Source of the DNA: a virus
Lineage: Duplodnaviria > Caudoviricetes
Strand: one strand, 5' to 3'
Length of the DNA stretch: 64,000 nucleotides
Virus record (IMG/VR): IMGVR_UViG_3300035497_000313
Location: 1 to 64,000 of that record
Shown here: positions 11,401 to 21,185 of the stretch, piece by piece
Numbering within the stretch: the first letter of the stretch is position 1
How the letters are laid out: the number at the start of each line of letters is the position of its first letter
The notes under the pieces: model-generated
The model's input: only the letters and a program-made list of their open reading frames with translations
Database searches by the model: none
What the model was told of the DNA's origin: nothing
Made by a program: the position numbers and the translations under genes

Positions 11401-12957
11401 ATTTTTATTAAATGCTGTATTTTCAGTAAAATTTGCCTTAGCACCAATGTCAGATAAAGACAAGTTAATATCACTTGAACCGTCAAAAGATGCTGTGCCA
11501 TTGCCAATAACTACATTTACAGCGTTCGCTAATTTAGTAGCTGTTCCCGCATTACCCGATACAGATGTTTGCAGAGGGTGTACGTGTGTGCCTTTTGCAA
11601 CCGTTGTATCTGAAGAATCACCAGCAGAAGCTGTTCCATTTGCTTTAGGACTAGATGTATAAAAATTCTTATTAAATGCTGTATTTTTTGAAAAACTTGC
11701 TTCTGCACCTATTTCAGATAATGTCCAACTAACGGCACTCGAACCGTCAAAATCTTTTGCTGTATTACCAACGGTTAAACTTACAGAATTTGCTAATTTA
11801 GTAGCCGTACCCGCATTTCCAGATACTGTTGTTTGTAATGGATGTACGTGGTCACCTCTGGCAAAAGACGTTTCTGTACCTACAGTAGCATCACCATTTG
11901 CTTTAGGTGTAGTATTACTTGCAGAATCTTTAGTAGCATTTGTTGCAATGCCATCTAATTTTGTTTTGTCTGAAGAAGACATTAACCCATTAGCAGTTTG
12001 TGTTGCCGTGGAATAAGTTGTATCTAATTCACCTATTAAATCCCATTGAGTACCATTATAGTTAAAATTATATACACCCGCTTTTAAAGCACCTATATAT
12101 GTTCCACGATAATATATGTATTTAGCACCTGTACTATTTACATTTAAAGTTGGATTAGTAGCTGTATTAGCATTTGTAAATTTAACTGTTACTTTTGCAC
12201 CAGTGTCTAGTTTAAAATTTGTTAAGCTTACAACTTTTTCTACTGTAGCAGATGCCGTTGAACACGTTCCATAATGTGTAATATCGGCAGTACCATTAAA
12301 GCTAACACCGTCTATATAATGAGCTGTATTTAACTGTTTAGCTTTTGTAATTGTATCTGTTTTAGTTGTACCACTCACGTGACCTAAACTATCAATAGAT
12401 ACTGCGGAGACAACATCACCTGTACCACCAGCATCACTACCAGAAGTAGGTTTAACTTGGTGTTTTAATGTTATAGTAGAATCTGATAATTTACCCGAAC
12501 CAGTTAAACCTGAGGTTCCCTGTACAGCATTAGTTCCTAACGCAAAATCAGTTACACGTTTACCACTATCTGTTAAAATTGTAACACCGTCTGTACTAGT
12601 ATCACCAAATTCAACTATATTACCAATATTATAAGAGGTTGGAAATTCTTTATTATATTGTGCAGATAATTCTTGTTGTACAAACTTGGTATTAGCTATA
12701 TTTGTGCTGTTATCACCGCTACTAGGGGTATTAGCGGACGTAGCATTACCAGTTAAATTTGGTGAAGCTAAATTCGCTTTTTTATCTAATTCAGATTTAA
12801 TTATTTTATTTTGAACTGGATTTTCTGATGAATCCGACAACGAACTATCAACTTCGGTTATAGGAGTTGCGTTTACGGCATTTACAATTTCATTTATTTT
12901 ATCCGCGGCATCGGTTACCGAGCATACACCCAGTTTACTTATATTGTTTTCTTTCAC
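8425..12957 (-). CDS. Long tail fibre with collagen-like Gly-X-Y segments
   Basis: 1510 aa, T/S/G-rich; HVHP metal-knot repeats; GAKGDKGDTGATGAQGIQGIQGEKGD collagen run; repeated YQ.SSSGTTTPTG.WS...P modules. Confidence 0.85.
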   Translation of the reverse strand: MKENNISKLGVCSVTDAADKINEIVNAVNATPITEVDSSLSDSSENPVQNKIIKSELDKKANLASPNLTGNATSANTPSSGDNSTNIANTKFVQQELSAQYNKEFPTSYNIGNIVEFGDTSTDGVTILTDSGKRVTDFALGTNAVQGTSGLTGSGKLSDSTITLKHQVKPTSGSDAGGTGDVVSAVSIDSLGHVSGTTKTDTITKAKQLNTAHYIDGVSFNGTADITHYGTCSTASATVEKVVSLTNFKLDTGAKVTVKFTNANTATNPTLNVNSTGAKYIYYRGTYIGALKAGVYNFNYNGTQWDLIGELDTTYSTATQTANGLMSSSDKTKLDGIATNATKDSASNTTPKANGDATVGTETSFARGDHVHPLQTTVSGNAGTATKLANSVSLTVGNTAKDFDGSSAVSWTLSEIGAEASFSKNTAFNKNFYTSSPKANGTASAGDSSDTTVAKGTHVHPLQTSVSGNAGTATKLANAVNVVIGNGTASFDGSSDINLSLSDIGAKANFTENTAFNKNFYTGTPKMDGTASAGDSSDTTVAKGTHTHPTDTSRAPKDHSSTDTTYGAASDTKYGHVKVDTALSTTSTNPVQNKVINTALGDKLDSSTFTSYETSTDNSIAAINNTLANGITQSQSTSSIVVPKFESGIAKTDGQTITEGTLQINGGTKVNIKGRDTIGNLTVYAPTTAGTSGKFVKTNGTTASWETITTSDVSGLLDSDNKINLNLIPDTILGQVVYGGLINAAGVVTCSTAFKNLYSITTDTITLTGSTTEASKYEGTYFIVQSTSQITDVTIIGVDDCSTGDWIISIGTGWKKVDNTDAIKLTDLGNILSSPTATASTLTAGSNATATVTSTVSDDLKKVTYAFNFGIPKGKDGTNGTNGTNGTNGRGISSTTITYQKSSSGTTTPTGDWSTTIPSTSAGEYLWTKTYIVYTDNTDSTIYTVAHNGTNGTNGAKGDKGDTGATGAQGIQGIQGEKGDTGAKGDKGDKGEDGTGVTVSSTLTQYQTSSSGTTTPTGTWSDSVPSTTAGQYLWSKTVVTYSDSTSTTTYGVSRNGSNGSNGTSAVWFTGTAVTGTSTSGISATVSGSKSGDMYLNTSTYNVYKATATSTWGYVCNIKGGTGSKGDTGAAAGFGTISASVGATVGTPSVTVTTSGDDTAKNISLAFSNLKGEQGATGVGIKSVTQTTTSTEDSGTNVVTVTLTDNSTSTFNVKNGSKGSTGNTGATGTRGSIWYSGTGVTGTSTTATAFSDSGVSSALVDDKYLNTSTFNLYNCTTAGNASTAKWVYLGCIKGATGNPGSNGSNGSNGTSAGFGTPTATATTLAAGSSATASVTASGDDTSKVFSFTFGIPRGNTGATGTRGGIWYTGTALTHTSGTGTLSDSIAHIVGDMYLNTTTGYTYRCTTAGTNTTNAWTYNGYIYGSPYTVTLTTSSSWQTDANNGGVYFYIAASTHGRGTNPIVATYVQDKIPSTSTSSTKVWVQTFNSPYIDDSGNVYITANSAMELKVVIK
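11300..11870 (-). repeat. Internal ~88-aa tandem duplication in the tail fibre (approximate limits)
   Basis: HVHPLQT.VSGNAGTATKLAN...FDGSS...NTAFNKNFY...GTASAGDSSDTTVAKGTH occurs twice in tandem. Confidence 0.75.
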
Positions 12958-12969
12958 AGTTTAACCCCT

Positions 12970-13004
12970 TTAAACAGTAGCTAAATAAACTAGCTACTGT
13001 TTAA
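12970..13004. terminator. Hairpin/intrinsic terminator
   Basis: ttaaacagtagcta-aataaac-tagctactgtttaa perfect inverted repeat. Confidence 0.6.
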
Positions 13005-13023
13005 TTAATTTATGTTTCAAATA

Positions 13024-14484
13024 TTAGCCAATGAAGTTTATATAACCATTAAATGCTGAATGTGCCCTAATTATTATACTTCCAGCTGTAGGATGTGCTT
13101 CACATACAATAGGTTTTCCAGAATAGTCGTTTGTTACAGTAGAATTTGTTCCGCTACTATATACAGGCGATAATATTGTTTTTGCCGTTGCCGTAGTTGC
13201 AGTTAAAGTTACTTTCTTGTAGTCTCCGTCATCTACCCAATCGCTAGAGGTAAATGACAACGTTGAAGCTTGTATTGTAGCAGCTTGTAAAGCACCTACT
13301 TGACCTTCGAGTGTCGTTAATCTACTTCTATCACTAGCAATAGCAGTTGCTACAGCACCCTTTGTAATTAATGTAGTTGCACTCTTATCAGAATCTTGTA
13401 TAGCAGAATCTGTACCAGTTCCAACAGCAGTTGTAGGTGATTCAAATGTATAGGCAGTACCTGTACTATTTACTCTAACTACTTTATCTTTATTACTTGT
13501 ACTTAATGCTACACCTAAACCACCTTTGTCTACAGGAACAATTGGAAGTGTGTGAATATGTCCAGCATCAGCAAACTTACCAGTAGAACCTGCTGAAGGA
13601 GAAGTTGCTGTTACAGATACTTCTGTAATTTCGGAATCAGTACCCCAGCTAGAACCACTTGAACCAATATCAATACCAATATTTTCACGTGCTTGTTTTT
13701 TCTGGGCATCTGTTAAGTTTTGTGATGCGTTATATTTTACAGCATATGTTGTAATGGCACCTGTTGAACCATCTACCGAAACAACAGAATCTGTGTTATC
13801 AATCTTCGTCCAACCATCTGCTACAGCTATAAGCCAGTCACCTGTGGATACGTCTAAGACACCTGCAATAGACTGATTCGTAAACTTCGTTGTATCTTGT
13901 GCTATAAAATATATTCCAGGATAAGAACTGTAATTGCTGGAAGTTAATGTCAAAGATGTTGTAGAGGGATATTTACTCTTAAATTGTTCGGAAAGAGTAC
14001 AAACACCTGACGTATTTACAGTACCACCAAATAACAGTTGTCCTAATATGTAATCTGGAAATAAGGACGAAGATATTTTTCCGTCAGAAAGTAAATCTTT
14101 AATCGAACTTAAAGCAATGTTGGAAATAGTATTGCTATTACCATCAATTGTTTTATTTGTTAATGTTTGAGTACCGTCTGTAGTTACAATTTTTGTAACA
14201 TCTACAGTAGTTGTACCTGATTCGTTCTTAATTGAATTTACTTGAACGGCACTCTTAAAAGTCTTAACACCGTATATAGTTTCTGCTTTAGAACTTGAAG
14301 AAGTACCCTTACTTACATAATCAGTAGAAATTCCAGTTACAGATTCTTGCACGTCAGCTATATCAGTTGCTAACGCATCATCATTAGATTTTAATTTTTC
14401 TAAATCTGAATTTAATATATCTGTTAAATCTAATTCGGAACCAGTACCTAACTTTAATTTTTCAATGTCTTGTATTGTTGCCAT
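13024..14484 (-). CDS. Tail fibre-related protein
   Basis: Shares the PD.ILGQ...GG...TGDW.I...GW.K.DNTD module with 8425..12957; QTLTNKTID and HIH motifs. Confidence 0.75.
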   Translation of the reverse strand: MATIQDIEKLKLGTGSELDLTDILNSDLEKLKSNDDALATDIADVQESVTGISTDYVSKGTSSSSKAETIYGVKTFKSAVQVNSIKNESGTTTVDVTKIVTTDGTQTLTNKTIDGNSNTISNIALSSIKDLLSDGKISSSLFPDYILGQLLFGGTVNTSGVCTLSEQFKSKYPSTTSLTLTSSNYSSYPGIYFIAQDTTKFTNQSIAGVLDVSTGDWLIAVADGWTKIDNTDSVVSVDGSTGAITTYAVKYNASQNLTDAQKKQARENIGIDIGSSGSSWGTDSEITEVSVTATSPSAGSTGKFADAGHIHTLPIVPVDKGGLGVALSTSNKDKVVRVNSTGTAYTFESPTTAVGTGTDSAIQDSDKSATTLITKGAVATAIASDRSRLTTLEGQVGALQAATIQASTLSFTSSDWVDDGDYKKVTLTATTATAKTILSPVYSSGTNSTVTNDYSGKPIVCEAHPTAGSIIIRAHSAFNGYINFIG

Positions 14485-14495
14485 TTTAGTCTCCT

Positions 14496-14891
14496 TTATT
14501 TTTTAAATCTTACGAAACCTTCGAAAGGTTCGTGAGCTGTTAATAATATATCTTCATTACTAAGTATTCTTTTTTCTACAGGAACACTCTTGTAATTTTT
14601 TCCAAAGTTTTTGTTTGTATCTAACATATATACACCTTCCATAATATAATTTTGTAGGTGCATTTCATTTAGTTTTATTCTATAACAAGGATGCGAATAT
14701 TGAAGAGACCAGCTACTTTTTTCAAAATATAAGTCGAACTTAATATTTGTATTTTCGCCAGTAGCTGGAATTAGATTAGCAAGTACAGAATCCAACGTTT
14801 GACCATTGTGTTCTATGTATTTACTTTCTAATACAATGCCGTCTTCAGATACGCTATAAAATCTTCCAACTGTAGGAATATATGCTGTCAT
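14496..14891 (-). CDS. Hypothetical (tail-associated) protein
   Basis: 131-aa ORF in tail operon. Confidence 0.55.
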   Translation of the reverse strand: MTAYIPTVGRFYSVSEDGIVLESKYIEHNGQTLDSVLANLIPATGENTNIKFDLYFEKSSWSLQYSHPCYRIKLNEMHLQNYIMEGVYMLDTNKNFGKNYKSVPVEKRILSNEDILLTAHEPFEGFVRFKK

Positions 14892-14902
14892 TGTCTTTTC
14901 CC

Positions 14903-15901
14903 TTAATTAATTACAAATTGGTATGTTCCAGGAATTAATCTGCTAGAGGTTCTGTAGTAATTATACTTACAAGAAACATTATTTAGTGTACCCTCAATTA
15001 CTTTACGATATTCAATAGGTACAATAAATGTAGTCATTGTCACGGAACCTATATATTTACCTTGTGGAACACAAAAATAAATATATTTTGCCTCACCTTC
15101 AATTGTAACAGTTCTTGTTGTACCCGCTAAATCTTCACCTAAAGTTATTTTAGATAAGTTTTCGTCCATATCTGCTACAGTTATACTATCTTCTGCATAA
15201 CCACCTATATAGCTTGGAAATATACTATTTATATAAATAGTTTTTGAACTTATAAAAGAACCGTCACTACATTGTAGTGTTATCTCAAACGTTTCAGTTT
15301 GTGTTGTATACAATGTTAGTGGTTCTTTAAAGTAAACTTCCGTAAAACTATTCGAAGGAGGTATATTATCTTGTATAATTTTATCGTTAACTACTACACA
15401 CAAATCGGAGTCAATGGCATCGGCATTGGCTTCTTGATGAACAAGAGATGTATATATTTGTTCTACACCAGGTTGTATATAATAATTAGCGGGTTGTAAA
15501 TCAAATTCTATTACACGAAAGGCATTTGCTGGAACTATAATACCTTGGTTAGTAAGATAATTTGTATCTAATGTTAATTTATTGTTAGTGTTATATACAA
15601 TATAGTTGTTATCTGGTAACTGTTCTATTTGTTCACGTAAAGTTTGTAACTCACCTTGTATCAGTCCAAAATTATAATCGTGTTCCTCAAAATAATAATA
15701 GAAATAATCATCTTGCTGTCCAAATAACCAATAACAGAATGAGTGTAATTTTCTATTAATTAATAACTGGTATAATGGGTCAGATAAATTGTGGTCAGTA
15801 TGTACATAATTTGGGTCGATAACTATATCTGTAGTTTCCACAGAAAAAGAATGTGGAGTACATTTTAAATTCGAATTAAATTCATTAAAAAGATTAAACA
15901 T
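14903..15901 (-). CDS. Putative structural protein
   Basis: 332 aa, beta-rich C-terminus (YIYFCVP...YNYYRT); tail operon. Confidence 0.55.
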   Translation of the reverse strand: MFNLFNEFNSNLKCTPHSFSVETTDIVIDPNYVHTDHNLSDPLYQLLINRKLHSFCYWLFGQQDDYFYYYFEEHDYNFGLIQGELQTLREQIEQLPDNNYIVYNTNNKLTLDTNYLTNQGIIVPANAFRVIEFDLQPANYYIQPGVEQIYTSLVHQEANADAIDSDLCVVVNDKIIQDNIPPSNSFTEVYFKEPLTLYTTQTETFEITLQCSDGSFISSKTIYINSIFPSYIGGYAEDSITVADMDENLSKITLGEDLAGTTRTVTIEGEAKYIYFCVPQGKYIGSVTMTTFIVPIEYRKVIEGTLNNVSCKYNYYRTSSRLIPGTYQFVIN

Positions 15902-15918
15902 TATATGACCCTCTTCTT

Positions 15919-17337
15919 TTAATATACTACTACAAGATTATTATTTTCGTCAATTATCTGTTTTTTAATTTGTGTATAAATTAATGAATTTTTTCTAATT
16001 TTACAAATTGGGCAAGTTTTATAATTGTTATTAAAACAACATTTATCCACATATAAACAATTCGGTACTGGATATGTATTTTCAACATATTCGTCTGGTG
16101 TATATATACCACTAATATCTAATGTATATTCTTGTTCAAATTGTAAATCTAAATCATCAATTTGTATATTAATATTAATTGGTTGTGTTCTATTTAAATA
16201 ATTTATAGGTATACTTACTTGACAAATAGGTTGTTTTTTATCAACAGTAAATTCTACAACACCCACTTCTTTGTCTTGTTGGTACGTAACTCTACCAGAA
16301 GTACCCAAATATTTTGAATTAGAAAATACAATTGAAAATGGTAAATTTCCTATGCAAGTACCTCTAAAGTAAACAATATTGGCTTCATCTTTTTCGTAAC
16401 TTATACCACAAGTAATATTTATACGTTTATCCTCCACACTTATAGGTGGATTAATTATTTGTGATTGAATCAAGATATTATTAGCTATTTTATAATTATA
16501 ATATTGTTCTGTATCTTCAACACTAACTTTTATATAACCACTTAAACGTGAAATACAATTACCGTCTAGTAAAATATCTACAGAACCGTCTTTATTAATT
16601 TTTTGTGTGTTATCTTTTACTAAAGTTCCGTCTGTGTAGAATATTTGTACACGACAATTTTGTTCAGCATAATCGCTAAAATTTAAAGCCTGTATAGGAA
16701 TTACATATTGGCTTGATAAATTATATGCCTTTCTAATTTCTTCCGTTACAAGCGAAATTACACCCGAAATATAATAATAGTCTGTAGTATCTAACGATTC
16801 CTCATCTTCGGAATCTTCTACAATATGTTCTATAGATAAATAATCACCTACAACAAAATATCCATTATTAATGAGTAGTCTATTTCCTGTAAAAGATTCA
16901 ATATCTTCAAAATCAGTTATTTCTGGTACTATATAGTGATTAGCATCACCGTCTAATATAACTTCAGTCTTATAATAACCTTTCTTGAATAATTTTGTAG
17001 TTTCTTCGTCAATGTTTATAGGCAAAACATTATTTTTAATATTTGTATATTCTTGCGTGTAAACAAGTCTGTCGTTAAATTCCTCGTATATATTTAATGT
17101 TAAAGTATCTTCTGAATTTATTGTTATGGGATAAAAATTTCCGTGACAATCTCTGCTAAATAAATTTATTTTATAGTCATAACAATATATATCCCCCTCT
17201 GCCCATTTAGCAAATGCCGAGGATATACGTCTGTTCATATCCACGTTATTAGGAGATTTTACAATAACATTTTCTGGTGGAATTTGTTTTTGTATACAGT
17301 TGTTATCTTTTATTTTTGGCTGTTTAATTATTTCCAT
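15919..17337 (-). CDS. Putative structural protein
   Basis: 472-aa ORF upstream of tail genes. Confidence 0.55.
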   Translation of the reverse strand: MEIIKQPKIKDNNCIQKQIPPENVIVKSPNNVDMNRRISSAFAKWAEGDIYCYDYKINLFSRDCHGNFYPITINSEDTLTLNIYEEFNDRLVYTQEYTNIKNNVLPINIDEETTKLFKKGYYKTEVILDGDANHYIVPEITDFEDIESFTGNRLLINNGYFVVGDYLSIEHIVEDSEDEESLDTTDYYYISGVISLVTEEIRKAYNLSSQYVIPIQALNFSDYAEQNCRVQIFYTDGTLVKDNTQKINKDGSVDILLDGNCISRLSGYIKVSVEDTEQYYNYKIANNILIQSQIINPPISVEDKRINITCGISYEKDEANIVYFRGTCIGNLPFSIVFSNSKYLGTSGRVTYQQDKEVGVVEFTVDKKQPICQVSIPINYLNRTQPININIQIDDLDLQFEQEYTLDISGIYTPDEYVENTYPVPNCLYVDKCCFNNNYKTCPICKIRKNSLIYTQIKKQIIDENNNLVVVY

Positions 17338-17342
17338 TGTTT

Positions 17343-17885
17343 CTAAATTATACTAATATTTGTTGTTGATTTCGTTTTTGTTACTGTTGAGTATTTAGTT
17401 AAATATCTCTTTACACAATTTTGTATTTCATTAATGGCATCTTGTTCTGTAGCAGTTTCTAAAACTTGAATTGCCTTTTGCTCGTGATAATTGTAATGTT
17501 TTAAATACCATCTAATTTTTTTAATAGCGAATTTAGATATTTTTTTATCGTTACATTTAGGTACGCAAATTATCTTATTATCCTCTTGACCGTTATCAGT
17601 TGTTTTTACCATAGCTACTATTTGGCATTGTATTATAGTTCCTGGTAATATAGGTTCATCACATAAAACAATGGCATCTAACATATCTCCGTCATTAGAT
17701 AATGTTTGCGGTATACTTCCATAATTAAACGGATAACGATATTTATTATGCAAAAGAGTAGCGATTGTTATAAAATCGCCACTATTAGAAACTTCATATT
17801 TTGCAGTTGTTCCTTTAGGTATTTCGACAATTACATTAATAATTCCAGGTTCTGCAAATGTAGGAATATCGTGAATAAAATTCAT
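17343..17885 (-). CDS. ppa: Family I inorganic pyrophosphatase
   Basis: VEIPKG..AKYE, YPFNYGSIPQTL..DGDMLDAIVL, D.GQEDNKII. Confidence 0.9.
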   Translation of the reverse strand: MNFIHDIPTFAEPGIINVIVEIPKGTTAKYEVSNSGDFITIATLLHNKYRYPFNYGSIPQTLSNDGDMLDAIVLCDEPILPGTIIQCQIVAMVKTTDNGQEDNKIICVPKCNDKKISKFAIKKIRWYLKHYNYHEQKAIQVLETATEQDAINEIQNCVKRYLTKYSTVTKTKSTTNISII

Positions 17886-17949
17886 AAAAAATAACCTCCG
17901 TGTTCTTATGTATATAATCTTAGTATACTTTTCTGGAGGTTATTCTTTC

Positions 17950-18189
17950 TTATTCAATTATTTCGTTGTCAACATCTTCTGTAAGCAGTTTTGATTGTTT
18001 TTTAGAAGATTTTAATTCTGACTTCTTACTTATGTACTCTTTTTCAATTTCTACCATTTTTTGAATTTTAAATGGCACAATTTTAAATGCTGTTACAATA
18101 GAAGGTGTTACTACTACTCCAAGTATTATAAGTGCCAATACAAGTAATAAGCCACCCAAAACAGCTAATGTTAAAATAAATGCGTTCAT
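17950..18189 (-). CDS. Small membrane protein
   Basis: N-terminal hydrophobic helix. Confidence 0.6.
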   Translation of the reverse strand: MNAFILTLAVLGGLLLVLALIILGVVVTPSIVTAFKIVPFKIQKMVEIEKEYISKKSELKSSKKQSKLLTEDVDNEIIE

Positions 18190-18190
18190 T

Positions 18191-18613
18191 TTATTTTCGC
18201 TCCTTAAAGTCTTTTAGTATTGTATTTTTAATGTCATTCACAACTGAGGTTATATCATTTACTCCGACCGACTTTTTTAATAAATCTACATCAACATCGT
18301 ACGATAATGTAAAATCAATACCCGATTCACTAACTTCAATCTGTAACAAATAGTTAATTACATCGGGGTCATAATCCCCATTACTTTCTATTGTATAATC
18401 TGTTGAATAATAGGTTATCCAAATACTGTAAAGAGCATAATCCCAATTATTATCTTGTTCTGTTATGTCTATTTTATCCAATTCAAAATTTTCAATTTTA
18501 TCTGGAAGAATTTGATAAAGATAAGATTCAAGTTTAGTTGTATTTATAACTGGTCTTACGCATACACCAGTTTTAGAACTATTTGCATAATCCTCTTTAA
18601 TTAGTTTAATCAT
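18191..18613 (-). CDS. Hypothetical protein (N-terminal KLIKED motif)
   Basis: 140-aa ORF. Confidence 0.6.
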   Translation of the reverse strand: MIKLIKEDYANSSKTGVCVRPVINTTKLESYLYQILPDKIENFELDKIDITEQDNNWDYALYSIWITYYSTDYTIESNGDYDPDVINYLLQIEVSESGIDFTLSYDVDVDLLKKSVGVNDITSVVNDIKNTILKDFKERK

Positions 18614-18619
18614 TTTTAC

Positions 18620-19177
18620 CTATTTATTACAAAGTCTTGTATATTCTCTTTCCATAGCTTCTCGCCATATATCAAATATATGACCTTGATAGCTATATAA
18701 AATATAATTAGTCGAATATTTATTTACTGTCGGTCCAACTGTTTCTTTTACAGCTTTAAAAAACTTTTCTCTTGTTTCATTGTCTATATAACAAGTTCCA
18801 GGAGTTTTAGTTGAATTTTCAATTGTTCCGTCTTTCTTAATTCTTCTTTTAGCAATAGATATTTTTGTTTTGTCTGTACTTAAAATTAATTTAGATGTTC
18901 CGTGTCGGTCTGTAATAACAAGTTTGTCCTCAACTCGTTCTTCCATATTTTCTCTATTTATAAATTTAAGTACTTCTTCTGCTCTTTTATACTGGTCAAT
19001 ATCACTTTTAAATATTGTTTGCGTATTTACATTTGTTGTAAACTTACCCAGTATATAATCTTTTTGTTCTTGAGTTATTTTTACTTTTGTATAACTATTA
19101 CGTACAGTACTTGTAGTAGTAAAAATTGTAAACTTGTCTTTATATCTTGCTAAAATTAACTGTTCTGAAGTTTCCAT
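18620..19177 (-). CDS. Hypothetical protein
   Basis: 185-aa ORF with SD. Confidence 0.6.
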   Translation of the reverse strand: METSEQLILARYKDKFTIFTTTSTVRNSYTKVKITQEQKDYILGKFTTNVNTQTIFKSDIDQYKRAEEVLKFINRENMEERVEDKLVITDRHGTSKLILSTDKTKISIAKRRIKKDGTIENSTKTPGTCYIDNETREKFFKAVKETVGPTVNKYSTNYILYSYQGHIFDIWREAMEREYTRLCNK

Positions 19178-19227
19178 CTTTTCTTTACTCCCTTATTATA
19201 ATATATAAAGTTATATATAATCAAATT

Positions 19228-20382
19228 TTATTTTGCATTGTTTTCAACTATATCCTTTATTTTTTGATAATCGTTTAATGAAATTCCGTCTTTTGAAAAA
19301 CTTTTTTGTCTATTATTTATAAATTCGGAATAAGGAATATTAAATTTAATTTCATTTGTTCTTGTATCTATAAATTGTATTAAGGGTTCATTTTTATTCC
19401 AAATTGTATATTTACCCATTATTTCAACAGGTTCATTATCTGTAATTATTTTTATAGACCACTTATCTGAAATTTTTTGTACATCTTCTGTTGCATATTT
19501 AGGAACAATTGTATTTCCTTTTGTAGCTTCGTATGCTTGTAAAAATAAATAATATGCGTTATACTCACCTATTATTGGTTCTAATTTGTTTAATAATTCT
19601 TCTTTTTGTTCTGAATATTTTCTATCTTGTAACTTATTATTTATTTCTTCTTTTTTGGATTCTAACTCAATTAATTTATCTTGTAAACTTTCATAAGTTA
19701 ATTTATTACTTTTTTGTTTTATTAATAAATCTTTTAAAATTGAAGAATATTTATTTTTACTAACTTCCGAATCGTTTGTTTGTATAAATTTTTGTGAATA
19801 GTTATTTAAAATAGTTTCATCTATTTCTAAATCAAGTTGTTCTAAAATTGGTTTAACTTCTTTACTATTTAATGCTTCACCAATTGCTAATCTATCATAT
19901 TTAAAATCAAATTGATGTTTTTGTGTAATATCTTTACTTTCATACAACTTGCCAGATATATAATATCGTCTTATTCTATCGACAATATAATCAGAAATTA
20001 CATCTTCTGAAAATTTGTAAACAACGCTTGTTCCTTCGGGTGTCATTACTTCAAGCAATCTTTTATAATGACTTAAAAAGTCTAACCAAATTAATAAAGA
20101 ATTAAGTTGTTCGTCTGTAGGATATTCGTTTGGAATTATTACATAGTATTTAGTTGTATCACATCTTATACAGTTTAATTCTTGTAATGTCTTACTTCCA
20201 CCTGTTTTTATATAATTATTTGTTGATAAATTATTATCTATCAACCATTTTTCCACATCACTATGATGTGTATAACTTTGTAAATTTAATATGTGACCAT
20301 TTGGTAATATATAAGTTAATCCAAGATAAGGGGTACTAGCTATTCCAAAATGTTCTTCTACAAGTTTTAAAATATCTTCCAT
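19228..20382 (-). CDS. Hypothetical protein (YILPNG...HHS motif domain plus coiled coil)
   Basis: 384-aa ORF coupled to the upstream gene. Confidence 0.6.
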   Translation of the reverse strand: MEDILKLVEEHFGIASTPYLGLTYILPNGHILNLQSYTHHSDVEKWLIDNNLSTNNYIKTGGSKTLQELNCIRCDTTKYYVIIPNEYPTDEQLNSLLIWLDFLSHYKRLLEVMTPEGTSVVYKFSEDVISDYIVDRIRRYYISGKLYESKDITQKHQFDFKYDRLAIGEALNSKEVKPILEQLDLEIDETILNNYSQKFIQTNDSEVSKNKYSSILKDLLIKQKSNKLTYESLQDKLIELESKKEEINNKLQDRKYSEQKEELLNKLEPIIGEYNAYYLFLQAYEATKGNTIVPKYATEDVQKISDKWSIKIITDNEPVEIMGKYTIWNKNEPLIQFIDTRTNEIKFNIPYSEFINNRQKSFSKDGISLNDYQKIKDIVENNAK

Positions 20383-21005
20383 TATTCTTCGTCCAAAATT
20401 AATTTAACTTTTTTGTGTAAACATTCGCCAACACTTGCACCACTGCTTGTTACAGCTCCTGGAGGAGTTGGACTTTGTGCTTCTACACCACCTGTTCCTG
20501 TATGACCATAATTAGCATAACTTTGCGGACTATATAAAGAATCGTGTACATTATATTCTGCTGGATTTGGAGGAATACCAGCTCTTTTATTTATTCTTTT
20601 AATTTGTTTTTTAGAATATTTAAGTTCTTTTGCATTTAATAATTTTGTTGGTTCTTTTTCTTCTAATACTAAAAGATTATCAATTTGTTGATTTTCAAAT
20701 CTTCTTTTGTTTCTATTTAGTTCATCGTGAGATACGATATTTCCCAATATTAAATTTGTATATAATTTATTATCTTCATATTTATACAATAAAACTACGT
20801 CTTGGTTAATATGAATGTCGCTATAATCACTCATATTTCCGTGCAAATCATGATTATGATATTGCGTTGTTATCTCAAAATTTTCAAGCTGTTCTATTAT
20901 TTTTTCTAATTTAATTAAGGTACGAACTTTATGTTGTTTTCTTAATTTCTTAACTGCTTGTTTATATTGAGGTAAATAGATAGTTTCTTTAACGTGTTTA
21001 CTCAT
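20382..21005 (-). CDS. YafQ/RelE-like mRNA interferase domain with C-terminal extension
   Basis: YKQAVKKL...YHNHDLHGNMSDYSDIHINQDVVLLY...LILGNIVSHDEL resembles the YafQ pattern H.L.G...HI..D.LLIY...SH.EL. Confidence 0.65.
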   Translation of the reverse strand: MSKHVKETIYLPQYKQAVKKLRKQHKVRTLIKLEKIIEQLENFEITTQYHNHDLHGNMSDYSDIHINQDVVLLYKYEDNKLYTNLILGNIVSHDELNRNKRRFENQQIDNLLVLEEKEPTKLLNAKELKYSKKQIKRINKRAGIPPNPAEYNVHDSLYSPQSYANYGHTGTGGVEAQSPTPPGAVTSSGASVGECLHKKVKLILDEE

Positions 21006-21181
21006 TTTTTAATCCTATACCTCTCACAAAATAAATTTGATTCTTTTTCTAAACGTCTACGTTCTTCTGGTGTATAGGAAGATGCTACATTAGTAGGACC
21101 AAATTTTTCTTCATATAATCTATCCCACTCTTCTTCTGTTACATAAATTACATTTTTATCTTCATTTAATTTTTCAACCAT
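21002..21181 (-). CDS. 59-aa ORF, candidate antitoxin (not in track)
   Basis: MVEKLNEDKNVIYVTEEEWDRLYEEKFG...RIKK*; ATGA overlap with the YafQ-like gene. Confidence 0.5.
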   Translation of the reverse strand: MVEKLNEDKNVIYVTEEEWDRLYEEKFGPTNVASSYTPEERRRLEKESNLFCERYRIKK

Positions 21182-21185
21182 TTTA

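Noticed and set aside
8822-11662. Long + strand ORFs (8822..9838, 10304..10747 etc.) and the other + strand track ORFs
   Set aside because: Antisense shadows of Gly/Thr-rich or acidic minus-strand genes; no recognisable motifs.
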